Shown: piece by piece, positions 10,550-22,140 of the stretch
Layout of the letters: every line of letters starts with the position of its first letter
How positions within the stretch are numbered: the stretch's first letter is position 1
DNA from: Octopus bimaculoides
Taxonomy: Eukaryota
Length of the DNA: 45,949 nt
NCBI RefSeq assembly: GCF_001194135.2
Contig: NC_068981.1
Location: forward strand, 20,567,128 to 20,613,076
Reading direction: 5' to 3'
Translations under genes and position numbers: made by a program
The notes under the pieces: model-generated
What the model was told of the DNA's origin: nothing
The model's input: only the letters and a program-made list of their open reading frames with translations
Databases searched by the model: none

Positions 10550-11086
10550 AACAATTATTTATTATTAACAAATTGGTCATCTTCGCTTTCAGCCATTTCA
10601 ATTAATGCTCAATTATTTAATTACAAATTTCGTCTGCTGAAATGAATTGATAGGTTCACATATAACATCCCAAGGTACACCTTTTTTCTCTGATGAAATT
10701 ATGCTCATGTCACATAAATTCAAATTCTCTGATTTCTCTATTTTTGTTCTCCTTCAGTTGCACCAAGGTCTCCGGTTTGTTGACATAAACCCTCTCTTTC
10801 AGGTATACCCACAAGAAAAATCTGGGCTAGTCAAGTTTGGAGATTGTGAAGGCCATTCAAAGTAGATCTCAAACATGGTTCCAGCAAGATGGAGCGACTG
10901 CTCATACTGCGAGAAACAATGCAGTTGCTACAGTAGTGCTTTGATGTAGTGGTGTTGCAAAATTTGACTTGTGCATATTAATTTCCATTATGTCTTTTAT
11001 ATTGTATCAAAATTTCATGCATTTACTTGTAAAATTAAGGAAGTTATTAATAATTGAAACCCATCAGGGACTTTTGGGACACCCTG
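10550..11086 (-). mobile_element. Internally deleted Tc1/mariner element with an inverted internal segment
   Basis: Minus-strand WPSQSPNLTSPDF.LW..LKERVY; plus-strand WFQQDGATAHTAR; TIR TGGGACACCCTG|TA at 11075-11088. Confidence 0.8.
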
Positions 11087-11809
11087 TATATATAAATATA
11101 TATAAAGAGTTATTAATAAGGGATTATTAATCCAGGCAAAATATTTCTTAAGCTCTCTGTTAAAAGTAATACAAATACACTATGCTAAGAAAAGGCTTTT
11201 AGATTGGTATAGAACTCCAGGTAATCCTTAAGCAAGATCTGAAGTCGAAGTCCATCATCAGTTGACTTTGTAAATCTATGGTTGCATTACTCAGTTAATA
11301 TTACAGAGTGATATACAAGAAAAGACATAAATAATGGGCTTTACATATTTATTTATTTGATGCACAAATAAATATGTTAAGCCTTTTCTTGTGTGTGTGT
11401 ATACCTCAAGAAGACCTGTACTCTGTAGCAGAAGCATTTAAGACTGTTTCCTTTGGTGGTGAAGAGCACTTGTGGTGGTGCCATATAAAAGCATCCATGA
11501 GGGGCCACATAACAGCTCCTGTGTGGTGCCACATAAAAGCACCCAGTTCACTCTGTGAAATGGTTGGCAATAAGAAGGGCATCCAGCCATAGAAATGAGA
11601 TTAGAGTCTGGTGCCACTCCCCGGTTTGCCAGCTCTGATCAAACTGTCCAACCCATGCTGGCATAGAAAGTGGATGTTAAATGATGATATATATATTTAT
11701 GTGTGTGTGTATGTATGTATGTATATAAATATATATATACATATATATATATGTACATACATATGCATACACATCTGATATAATAATGAGCATAGTGTTT
11801 TTATATATT

Positions 11810-11844
<35 letters not shown>

Positions 11845-11847
11845 TCT

Positions 11848-11857
11848 NNNNNNNNNN
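11848..11857. other. Assembly gap (10 N)
   Basis: N run after an (AT)n tract. Confidence 1.
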
Positions 11858-12015
11858 CTGAGTGGTTGGCGTTAGGAAGGGCATCCAGCTGTAGAAACTC
11901 TGCCAAATTTAGATTAGAGCCTGGTGTTGCCATCCGGTTTCACCAGTCCTCAGTCAAGTCGTCCAACCCATGCTAGCATGGAAAGCGGACGTTAAACGAT
12001 GATGATGATGATGAT
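11858..12015 (+). mobile_element. RTE-LINE 3' tail / RTE-tailed SINE fragment (young)
   Basis: About 96% identical to 22978-23127; ends in (GAT)n. Confidence 0.85.
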
Positions 12016-12463
12016 AAGGTTTTTAACTTTAAATTTTCATATTCAAAATAATATAAATATATAAATATAAACTGTGAGAACGACCCTTAAGGAATCTAGT
12101 TAATGATCCCCTAAGGTAAGTTCTTATGCTATATTGGTAACGGTTGCTACATCCTCTGGAAAATTATTATATATATATATATATATATTTGTCCAAAATC
12201 TCAGGGTAGGAGTAGGACGGAGTAGGAGAAAGAGTAGTGTAAGTGAAGGGAGAGGAGAGAAAATAGTAATTTGGTATAGAAGTAGTGAGAGTAATAGCCC
12301 TGACTGAGAGAGAGTGAGAGAAAGTAATAGCAATGGAGAAAAGAAGAGGTGGTAAATGAATAAGGAAGGAAGGGGTGAACAAAAAATCAGTGTTTTAGCT
12401 CTCTCTGAGTATGTGTGTGTGTATGTAAAAGGGAGGTATGTGTGCGTGTGTGCAATGGAAATG

Positions 12464-12473
12464 NNNNNNNNNN
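12464..12473. other. Assembly gap (10 N) flanked by a duplicated 36-mer
   Basis: AAAGGGAGGTATGTGTGCGTGTGTGCAATGGAAATG on both sides. Confidence 1.
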
Positions 12474-12519
12474 AAAGGGAGGTATGTGTGCGTGTGTGCA
12501 ATGGAAATGGGATGGTGAA

Positions 12520-12840
12520 CATTCAACGCTGAAAAGAAAAATCAAACAGCATTTCAACTCATTGACAGTTTTTGGGCCTTCCACATTATTCATTTCTTTT
12601 GCTGCTACCCTTAGACTCAGTCATTTTTACTGCAAGTAGTGTAAAATGGCTCTAATTGCAATTTTTTCACTATTCAAATCTGTAAAACAAGAATAATCAA
12701 TGTTTTTATGTCATATATGAAAATAAAAAAATAAACTGTTTAACTACAATTGGACAAGTTGTATCAAATTAATGATATAACATGAAGATGCAAGTTACCA
12801 AAAATCATCAGTAAAAATCTTTAAAAACTTTTGGCTCAAT
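12520..12840 (-). mobile_element. Mariner 5' fragment (N-terminal HTH region)
   Basis: LNSEKIAIRAILHYLQ*K*LSLRVAAKEMNNVEGPKTVNE. Confidence 0.7.
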
Positions 12841-12869
12841 CTAGTACATATTTATATATATATATATCT

Positions 12870-13200
12870 CCTGGTGAAGGCCAGTTTATGGAGTTACCCT
12901 AGGTTTCCCGTCCATAAAGGCTTTAACTTTATGGCATATTGTCAGACCCTAAGACCTGTTGAAAGTTGATAGCTAACATGATAGGGAGATAATCCCCTAT
13001 TGTTTACCCTCATAGCTGAATGATGGTGGTACGCCCGGAAGTCAATAGCCATCAGCAAAGGGAGATAATCCAGACTTTTCCCCTCCATATTTTAAAAAGG
13101 TCTTAAGCCAACAGGTCTTGGGGGCCTGACGATATGCCATAAAGTAAAACCCTTTATGGATGGAAACCCAAGGTAACAACATAAACAGGCCTTCACCAAG
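12870..13200. mobile_element. Foldback/MITE with ~93-bp terminal inverted repeats
   Basis: 12870-12962 is the reverse complement of 13108-13200 at ~85% identity; no TSD seen. Confidence 0.8.
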
Positions 13201-13269
13201 AAAAAATGTAGACTGCTCTACTTCTTAGAGTGTGCTTCTTCTCTGGATTTATGTTTTTCTAGAAATGAT

Positions 13270-13272
13270 ATA

Positions 13273-13336
<64 letters not shown>
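13270..13336. repeat. (AT)n microsatellite
   Basis: Direct reading. Confidence 0.95.
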
Positions 13337-13337
<1 letters not shown>

Positions 13338-13469
13338 GGTTTAGATATAGATTCAAGGTTGAATATGGTACTTATGCGTAGGCACCCGAATAACGCATCC
13401 CAAAAGGATAGGTGATTAAAATCAAAAAATAAGCAACACGGATTTCAAAGGTGATTGCAGTTCCATCCA

Positions 13470-13622
13470 TGTTGTAAAGTAGTTAGCATTAGGAAGGGCA
13501 TCCAGCCATAAAAACCATTCCAAAGCAAACATTGGAGCTCAATGCAGTCCTTAGATACATCAGACTCTGTCAAACCACCTAATTCATGCCAGCATGGAAC
13601 ATGGACAATAGATGATGATGAT
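13470..13622 (+). mobile_element. RTE 3'-tail repeat
   Basis: TTAGGAAGGGCATCCAGCCATAAAAACC...CATGCCAGCATGGAA...GATGATGAT. Confidence 0.75.
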
Positions 13623-14224
13623 TGTGTGTGTAACAGTTATACATAGTTGTTTATATGTCATGCTTTGGTTGAGACTTAAAGTTCAATTGCTAAATATCAC
13701 CAAAGGAGTAATGGATTTGTTGAAAAATTCGTGGAATGAATGACAAAGGAAAATAACAGTTAAAATGGCCTTGTTTTACCATTTATAATACAGAAAAAAA
13801 AGTACTTCAAGTTGAAGTTTTGTTGTTCATTTTATAAGTAGTTAATTTCATCTTTAGTTGACTGCTTGGAGATAGATCTGTTGGTTTGCTTACATCCCCA
13901 TAACTTAGGGGTCCAGCAAAAGAGATCAATGCAATAAGTACCAGGCTTTAAAAAATACAAGTACTAGAATTGATTTGTTTGACGGAACCTTTCAAGATGG
14001 TACCTCAGTATGAATACAATCCAGTGACTGAAACAAGTAAAAGATAATATAAATATAAAAAGTGAAAAACGTGATTAAAACAAAATTAACAGAACAAGAA
14101 ATAGTTTTTTTAAATTATTGAAATTTCAAGGATGTAAGATATTTTTAGCATAAAATTTATTTATCACTTGACATTGCTTGCTAGCTACAAAGTCTTTAAT
14201 ACATGGTTGAATTCCTGTTAGACT

Positions 14225-14375
14225 ATAACTTAAGTTGCTATGACATTCAGCTTGTTTCTGTATTGGTTCTTAACAGCAATAAGTGTTGAAAATGCTACTT
14301 TACAAAGATACATAGTTGTAAACACTGCCAGCATCTTAAGATGCCGGATAGCCAAAAGTTTTCTCAGTTCTCAGG
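14225..14375 (-). mobile_element. hAT (Charlie/Buster-type) transposase C-terminal dimerisation-domain relic
   Basis: FTTMYLCKVAFSTLIAVKNQYRNKLNV matches the F.TTYLCE..FS.L..IK.KYRNRL motif. Confidence 0.8.
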
Positions 14376-14404
14376 CAAGATATATCCTTGGAAAAACTAT
14401 GCTC

Positions 14405-14640
14405 TTCCTAAAAATCATCATCATCATCATTGTCATTATCATTTACCATCCATTTTCCATGCTGGTATGGGTCGGACGGTTTGACAGGATCAAATGAGTC
14501 ACAGGGCTGTGTTGAGTTCCAATGTCAACTTTGATGTGGCTTCTATGGCTAGATGCCTTTCATCATATCAACCATGGGTTGTCATGGGTGCTAATGAGAT
14601 CACCAACACTAATGAGATCACCAAGCAACTTGCAAGATGA
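14405..14640 (-). mobile_element. RTE 3'-tail repeat
   Basis: (CAT)n followed by the reverse complement of the tail family. Confidence 0.75.
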
Positions 14641-14714
14641 AAAAAGAAGAGGAAAAATGCCCCTCAACTGAGTGGGTGGGGTGTATTTGAGCTAGCAGTG
14701 GTGGCTTTATGCCT

Positions 14715-15010
14715 ACAGTTTTCCTACATATTGAGCAGGGCCATTTTCCTGAATGAGGAAAGTCTTGTCTTTTTTTTCTGCTTACTCAAACTTTGATCTT
14801 TGTTAAGTTAACTTTTAGGCCTTTAATTTAGATTGTGCCTTCGCACCTAGAATTTTTTTACAAGTTCTATAAAAGATTCTACTATTCGAACAAGGTTGTC
14901 ATCTTACAGTATTTCCCAAAAGTAAGTAGCCTAAAATTCCTCTGTTATGGCTTGGAGGACTTTGAGGAATAGGAAGGAACTGAGAACCAAACTTTGGTAG
15001 ACTTTTATCT
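14715..15010 (-). mobile_element. RTE RT fragment
   Basis: VLSSFLFLKVLQAITE and GLKVNLTKIKV-like motifs. Confidence 0.65.
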
Positions 15011-15028
15011 CCATACTAAATCCAGTAG

Positions 15029-15249
15029 CCCTTAAGTATTCAGATTTCTTTGTCCAATTTATTGCTTATTTATACACATTGTTTTGAATTAATCAGGCAT
15101 TCTCTTGTAGCTTCAATATTGCTATGATGTGATTGTATATTTTTAGAATGACATTGTAGGGTAGGTGTGGGGGGGTTGGATCTGGTCAGCTTTAACATAA
15201 AACAGGTGGAATATTTGGACCAGAAATGGCTAGATTAAATGCTGAAGGG
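15029..15249. mobile_element. piggyBac-type MITE
   Basis: CCCTTAAGTAT...ATGCTGAAGGG termini; TTAA intact on the right, degenerate (GTAG) on the left. Confidence 0.65.
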
Positions 15250-15329
15250 TTAAAAAGAAATGGTGCTAATGGTTTATAATCAGTCACTGTCACTATGTTG
15301 ATCTGATAAGAAATTATTAGTTCTCAATG

Positions 15330-16000
15330 ATGGAGTCCATCAAGATGTAAGTAAGAATCCTAGTGTTGCATAGTTCTCTGCTGTAAAATTGATAAGTGCT
15401 AAGCCTTCATCTAGTTCTAAAAACAGTAATAGAGAAATTGTCTCAGAGTATTCTTTCCTTGAGTCACAGGAACACTGGATAATTCAGTCACAGGATAAAT
15501 TAATTAAAGAAGGAGTTTCTATTGTGAATTGAAATAGGATTCAACATGTCAACTATAAAAGCTGTTGCCTATTACTATCATTGACAAATGTGTGTATATT
15601 TGAGTGGGGAGAGAAAGAATTTTTTTAAATCTATAAAAGTGGGCTGAATATATATAAAAAAGGTTTTAAATAAAATGAAATAATTCCTTAGTGATAAATC
15701 ACAAAGGTCTTTGATAATTGGAAATATTCATCTTCTCTCACACAAAATGTAGCATAGCAGAAAAGAAAAAATGGTTTATTAGCAATATATTACTAAATAG
15801 TTTCATGCCAGATGTGGAGAGGTAAGTTCAGCAATCATCAGATATGGCTAAATGGAAAAGTATAGCCTGGGAGCTTTGCTATTGGACCCCGAAAACATCA
15901 TGTGGGGTTTATTAGAGTTATAAAAATCTAGAATAAAATTCATGAATGCACACAGCAAAGCTAAACAGAACAAGGTTGAGATCATCAGCATGTAGTAGTT
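15330..16000 (+). mobile_element. Highly decayed RTE RT relic
   Basis: KEGVSIVN, SFMP, MEKY, DPENIMWGL and LKLLC segments appear in the order of RTE RT motifs. Confidence 0.5.
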
Positions 16001-16019
16001 TCCAAGAGCAGCTGACCTT

Positions 16020-16260
16020 AAACTCCTCTGTTATGACCTGGAGGAAAATTATGAACAAGGACCTAGATATCCTTCTACATGTATTTAAAATTCATCACTG
16101 TACCCGTAGCTAACTCTCACCTCAATAACAGCACCCTTGTACATTGTTTTTCTTTCACAGGCAATTCATCTGTTCCTTGTTTCATTAGAGATTTCCAAAT
16201 TGCTGAGTGAGGGACTCCATCAAAGGCCTTCTCCAAGCTGATGATAACACATTTAATAAC
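16020..16260 (-). mobile_element. RTE RT fragment
   Basis: ISLEKAFDGVPHSAIWKSL. Confidence 0.8.
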
Positions 16261-16534
16261 CTTTCATAGTAAGACTTTCATGCTTCTTTCTTCTCAGAAT
16301 CTCTAAGTGTAGGCATGCTATTATCTATCTATATACAATTCTCTCCCATATCTCAATTCTGTCTGACACACTATCTTGTAATCCAAACACTTCACACTTC
16401 TAATTCTCACTCTGTAAGACATCGGCAAACCTCTTACTTTCTGTTTCTGTCCTTGCACACATAGACACACATATATATAAATATACACCTATAAAAACAC
16501 ACACATGTATAGGCATGTAAGCATACAAGATAGT

Positions 16535-16900
16535 ACCCAGAAGTAACTGGAAACATTCTCTGTGGGACAGATCCACTGTAGGTCAAGCCTCAGCTGCTAG
16601 AAGCTACTTGATGTGAACCTCAGGTATCAGTCTGCCAACCAGCAGCAGTTGACGTGGTCTTATTGCCATGTGGTGCGTCTTTGTTTTGCAGTGCTTCTCC
16701 CCTGTTCCTTGATTTTTGCAATGGCTGAAACAAAAGAACAACATGCTTACATGAAATTCTGTTTTCTGCTGGGGGAAGTGGCAGCCAAAACAGTTGTCAT
16801 GCTTCAAACAGCTTACAAGAATGCTGCCATAAGCAAAAAAACGAGTTTACAAGTTGTTACCATGCTTTAGGAATGGTCACTTGTCACTTGAAAACCACAG
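16535..16900 (+). mobile_element. Mariner 5' fragment
   Basis: MAETKEQHAYMKFCFLLGEVAAKTVVMLQTAYKNAAISK. Confidence 0.85.
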
Positions 16901-17684
16901 AAGTGACAGTGGGGATGGGTAGGGAGTGGAAAAGGGGGAATGTTTTGAGACATGTGTCTCAATAAAATCACAGAACATGAGAACTGCATGACTCAGATAC
17001 CATGCAGTGGAACTAAACCCAAGACCACAAGGTTGGGAAGCAAGTATCTTAACCGCATAGCCAAACCTGCAAAGAATAGTGACTGAATTTCTATCGAATA
17101 GCACCCTAAAGCCCTACTGAATTAAAAAGGAGAGATACGCATTAAATAATAGAATCTTTGATACTCCTAAGCAGATAGAAAGTTCATGTTGGAATGTTTT
17201 TGATCATAAGTCTGCTTGATCAGAGCTAAACCTGGGGTTAAAGAACAACAACTACAACACAACAAATATTTAGATATATAACACTTAGCCTAGTTATTAA
17301 TTTGTCAGAGAGAAGATAACATGTCAATTTGATGTTTAATACTTCAATACAAAATTATATTTAATGAAATGTTGAAACTGACTCATTCTATTTTCAAAAC
17401 TAATTTATTAATACACTCTCTCAGTGAATTTTATTAGTTCTTTATCCTACCACTCACTCAAGCAAGACATGTATGATATCACTGAGTATACAAACTATTT
17501 CTTTCTTGTTACCTGTTGATCCATTCATCTCTGAAATGCAATTAAATTCTAATGAGATTGCCATAAATTATTTTCTTTAGACAGAGTGAAATATATGAAG
17601 AGCTATGTAGTTGCTTTACACACTAGCAATAGCAACCAAATCTCCCTCAAATTATATCCTGCTGTTTTTGTTTCTTTTTTTGAT

Positions 17685-18066
17685 CAGGAGCAGCTGTGTG
17701 GTAAGTAGCTTGCTTACCAACCACATGGTTCTGGATTCAGTCCCACTGCGTGGTACCTTGAGCAAGTGTCTTCTACTATAACCTCGGGCCGACCAAAGCC
17801 TTGTGAGTGGATTTGGTTGACAGAAACTGAAAGAAGCCCGTCGTATATATTCATATATATGTATGTGTATCTGTGTTTGTCCCCGCTAACATCACTTGAC
17901 AACCAATGCTGGTGTGTTTACGTCCCCGTAACTTAGCGATTCGGCAAAAGAGACCGATAGAATAAGTACTAGGCTTACAAAGAATAAGTCGTAGGGTCAA
18001 TTTGCTTGACTAAAAGGCGGTGCTCCAGCATGGCCACAGTCAAATGACTGAAACAAGTAAAAGAGT
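17685..18066 (+). mobile_element. Full-length Octopus-type tRNA-derived SINE (family A)
   Basis: Head GCTGTGTGGTAAGTAGCTTGCTTACCAACCACATGGTTCTGGATTCAGTCCC; (TA)n centre; ACTGAAACAAGTAAAAGA tail; many degraded copies in the window. Confidence 0.9.
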
Positions 18067-18100
18067 AGAGTAATATTGTATATAGTTGTGTATAGATATA

Positions 18101-18315
18101 AGGTAGTGAGCTGGCAGAACCATGAGCATGCCAAACAAAATGCTTAATAGTAATTTGTCCATCTTTATGTTCTGAGTTCAAATTCTGCCAAAGTCAGCTT
18201 CACCTTTTGTCCGCTCAGAGGTCAATAAAGTAAGTACCAGTTGAGCACTGGGATCGATTTAATCAACTTAGCTCCTTTTCCAAAATTGCTGGCCTTGTGC
18301 CAAAATTTGAAATCA
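18101..18315 (+). mobile_element. Octopus-type SINE (family B)
   Basis: GAGCTGGCAGAA head with B-box-like GAGTTCAAATTC; tail GGCCTTGTGCCAAAATTTGAAA. Confidence 0.85.
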
Positions 18316-20322
18316 GTATTGTATATAGATACAAAAGCCATGATCTATAACCATATATAGATATAAAAGAAGACTGGTTAGCAAAGGCTGGAGCCCCTTT
18401 AATCATGTTTGTTTGATCTAGGCTGACCTGAGATTAAGCAACAACAATAGGTACAGGTGTAGCTCTGTAATTAAGGAGTTGCTTCACAACCATATGGTTC
18501 CAGATTCAGTCTCAATATGTGGAATTCTGAGGCAAGTATCTTCTGTTATAATCTTGAGTGGAAGTTAGTAGGAAGAAATCGTGAGAAAACCTCCCTATAT
18601 ATGCATATACAATGGCAAGTGGGCCTCTGTGCCATTAGAATCCATATATGGGGGCCCATGTTAGTATCTAAGGAGCCCATCCCCTCAAGTTTGAGAATCT
18701 TTTATTCACTCCTGGAAGAATGCATTATTTCAGCCTGGCTGTGTTTGTAGACAGTTGAAAAGAATACTTTTAACAAAAAACAAAAATTAAATGATAGCAT
18801 TATAGTTACGGGTGGGCCCCCTTAGTCTCGTGGCAACCAATATTTTTAGACCCAGTCTGCTACTGTGCATATACATGTGTTTGTGTGGGTGTCTGTGAGA
18901 GTGTGTGTGTGTGTGTATAGCATAATCCTGTGTGTTGTAAAGGTTAACTGAAAGGGTTCATCTCAAGGACAGCCAGCCATAAAACATTACTACAAAAAGC
19001 CTAACTTGTGCTTCGATGTGAAGCCAATGGGTGAAAAGCAATGTGTACATCATTCACTGATAGATATTAATATTAACAAGAAAACTGAAAAACAAGTGCT
19101 TTCGAACAAGAGTACCTTGTGATATTTGTTCCACCCAAGTTGCACAACACTTCCTTGTCACTCCTGACACCATAAATGTCATAAAGCAGTGATTGGCTCA
19201 TTGAAGCCAGTAACTAACAATGCTATTGCTCACAAAATGTGATATATAATAAAGGTAGAGCTGATACTATAGCTATTGTACTTATATTAACATATACACT
19301 TCTTTATATTGTAGGAAATAAGATACACAAAGTTGGCTGTATGTATGGGGTGACACCAGACAGAAGTTTACGATGAAGTAATTGCTGGATATACAATCTT
19401 TATAAACAGTTGTAAGATGGTGGAATAGACATGAGAACTGTGTTGGTTTTAACATTCTTAAGATTTAAAATATAGAGAAATATCTTCCAAACTATTTACT
19501 ATTCTATTGACTTTAGTCGTTCTTTCTTACCACACCTTGCTTTCATCTAAAAGCCAGTTAATCTCAAGTACTTTGATTCCAGCACAATTCCTGCTCTCTT
19601 TCCAGCAAATTGATGTGAAAGTCTTTGTCTTCAAAGCCAGCATCATGACAATGGTATTAAAGGAATGTTTGAAACACGCACGCACGCACACACACACACT
19701 CATTCTTACACATATTCACTCATACACACATATTCATACAACCACATGTTCGTACATGCACATACACACACATAGCTATAGCCAAACACAGTCACTGGAA
19801 GAAAATAAACCAAGTGTCATGATTTCTGTTATTAAAAATACATAAAAAAAAAAGTAAAATAAGAAAGAAACCTGACTTCTGTCTATCATTGATGATTGTT
19901 GCTGACGTTACTGAGATTGCACACTTTGGTACACACATACCGTTTCTTAGTTTATTCCCACCAAACGAACATATTACTATCATTGACTCAGAGAAGAAAA
20001 ATAGTTTCTTTCCTCCACCATTTTACAATCATTGATCCATGAGCTCACAAGGAAGCCTCAACCAGCAAGAAATAGCAGTTAAATTTTCTCAAATCACACT
20101 GTCACCTTAGAAAGAACAAAGTCCATTTATTCCTAATTACTGTTTGATGCTGACATTGGTATATTTATCCTGACCAGGATATCCAATAGCACAACTCAGT
20201 CACTGACATTAACTGTCTTTTAGTTAAAACTACAGCTTTGAATCTGCCTAAGGTTATCTCTCTTCGGTATTTCCCCATTAAGGAAGGCTAAAGAGCCAGA
20301 AATATGTGTTAATAGGAGGCAG

Positions 20323-20914
20323 GGATCTTTTTTAAAATGGGGGCCACATTTTTCATTAATGTTTTACGTAGTGTTTTTGGTACCGAAAGACTTTCAAACT
20401 TCGTATACTTATCTATTTTGTGTTATAGAACAGAAAAATATTTTTGTATTCGAATTTATTTCATGTAAAAAATTGTCTTATTTCGATAATTTCAACCAAT
20501 CACTGACAAGTATTCAGTTGTTTACATTTACTCCTTTGGCTCATTAAGCGATGTAAAGCGTATTTAATCTCCATACCTTCGTTTTATTTGCTTTTTTCAT
20601 TTTAAATTTGCTTTAACCCTAACCCTAACCCTAACCCTAACCCTAGGGTTAGGGTTAGAGTTAGGGTTAGGGTTAATTGTTTCAGAATCGTTTGTTTATG
20701 TAGTCGGCACTTAATGTATATCGGCTGAATGGACGTCAGTGATTGGTTGAAATTACAGAAATACGACAACTTTAACATGGAATAATTTATGGATTTCTTT
20801 TTTTTTTAAGAAGACTAAGAGAAAAAGATGTTTTATATGACACATTCTACCAGTGTTCCAATTTTCAAAGTGTTTCGTTAATGAAAAATGTGGCCCCCGT
20901 TTTAAAAAAGATCC
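20323..20914. mobile_element. Non-autonomous TIR element, Merlin-type signature (592 bp)
   Basis: ~37-bp TIR GGATCTTTTTTAAAA(T/C)GGGGGCCACATTTTTCATTAA; perfect 8-bp TSD GGAGGCAG (20315-20322, 20915-20922); GG termini with an 8-bp TSD fit Merlin rather than hAT. Confidence 0.85.
20613..20676. repeat. 64-bp telomeric-repeat palindrome, (TAACCC)n-(GGGTTA)n
   Basis: Two 32-bp arms, no loop, one mismatch; centre CCCT|AGGG at 20644/20645. Confidence 0.97.
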
Positions 20915-21939
20915 GGAGGCAGCACTGGGCAGATATGGTGTTTTACAACTTTTACCCTAAGAGAGAATTTTTTTCTCCCTGGTGACTGCAATGAATTCGC
21001 CTTTAAAAGTTAAAATATGTTACAAACATATTTTAACTAACCTAAGTTTCATAGATAATGTACTTTTAAATTCCACCCACCACCCACAGCTCTCTCCTAT
21101 TTCCTTCATTCTCCCTTCTAACTGTTATTCTCCATTGACCATACTTCCACCTACATCTCCCATTCACTGACTTCACTTCTATCCCAAATTCTAGCCATCT
21201 GTCACGCTTCTTTCACACCCTTGCAAACTTACCTTCCCACTCACTCTTTCTAATCCTCTGTCTTTATTCTCTGTCTTATATTCACCTTGTACCTTGAGGG
21301 TGTGCCCTCATCATCTCTGTCTCTCTTTCCAGCTGGGTAAGTCATGTATCTGCTTGGCAGTAAGACACCTGTTTCTGCTTTAGCCTTTCAGGATCTGGAA
21401 TATAGCCATCTCCCTCAATACCACACACCTACTCAGTTGAGAGGTCTTGTTTTGTGAGTTACTTGATGACTTCGCTGCAGATGCCGGTGCCATGAAATAC
21501 TGCACCTGGTACACTCTGTAAAGTGGAAGATGTTAGGAAGAGCATCTACTTATTGAAACCATGCCAAAGCAGACATTGGAGCTCAGCACAGCTCTCTGAA
21601 TTGTTGGTTTCAGTTTAATAGTCCAACCCATGCCAGCATGGAAAATGGACGTTAAATGGTGGTGGTGGCAGCGGCAGGAGGAGGAGGAGTTTCACATCTA
21701 CTGTCCATTACTGTTAGTTATTCAGTTGTGAAATAGGAATGGAACATGTAGTCAGCCTTCAAACTACTAAGGCAGGGAGTATATAGATGTGGCTCACACA
21801 TGGCCATAATGCATTAACTATAGTAAAGCTAGAAGTCAGAAGTCCAACATCTAACCTCAAAGACATTATGTTTCTAAATATCACACCATTTAATATAAAA
21901 ACGTTGTGTTGATGGGGAGACATCTATATGACCCAACAA

Positions 21940-22140
21940 GAGGGCATCTGTTGCTCAGCTTGTCATAAATGACGGCCAAATTGCCTTCAATCCATACTCT
22001 ACTATCTTAAGAAAAAAAGGAGCATATTGGATAATGTACACCAGAATACACTATTCCTCAAAAAGATGGAGTTGTCATGGCTGGAATGCCTTTCATCATA
22101 GATCTATTCTTTCAATGTTGATTGGGGCTAAATAATAACA
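21940..22140 (+). repeat. Representative of a third dispersed repeat family (tail GGGGCTAAA(C/T)AA)
   Basis: Homologous copies near 17095-17260, 19995-20120, 22345-22520, 24020-24222, 29195-29390, 35060-35150 (minus) and 37830-37940. Confidence 0.75.

Noticed and set aside
10758-10802. 45-nt in-frame exon candidate
   Set aside because: Antisense of the Tc1/mariner transposase C-terminus
12428-12509. 36-bp direct repeat
   Set aside because: Flanks a 10-N gap exactly; an unmerged contig overlap artefact
15321-15346. 26-nt exon candidate with a GTAAGT donor
   Set aside because: Poor polypyrimidine tract; at the edge of the same RTE relic
15753-15821. Open 69-nt exon ending GAG|GTAAGT
   Set aside because: Lies within the decayed RTE RT relic (FMP..G motif)
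16161-16268. Strong acceptor and donor enclosing 108 nt
   Set aside because: Stops in all three frames; the minus strand encodes the RTE RT motif LEKAFD
19315-19411. Exon-like segment with a good acceptor and a GTAAGA donor
   Set aside because: Stops in all frames; resembles decayed LINE endonuclease sequence
20613-20676. Ancient chromosome end-to-end fusion site
   Set aside because: The order is (CCCTAA)n then (TTAGGG)n, opposite to a fusion, and the array lies inside a TIR/TSD-bounded MITE
21327-21342. Strong acceptor and GTAAGT donor 4 nt apart
   Set aside because: Appears to be embedded in RTE 3'-UTR-type repeat sequence; no supportable reading
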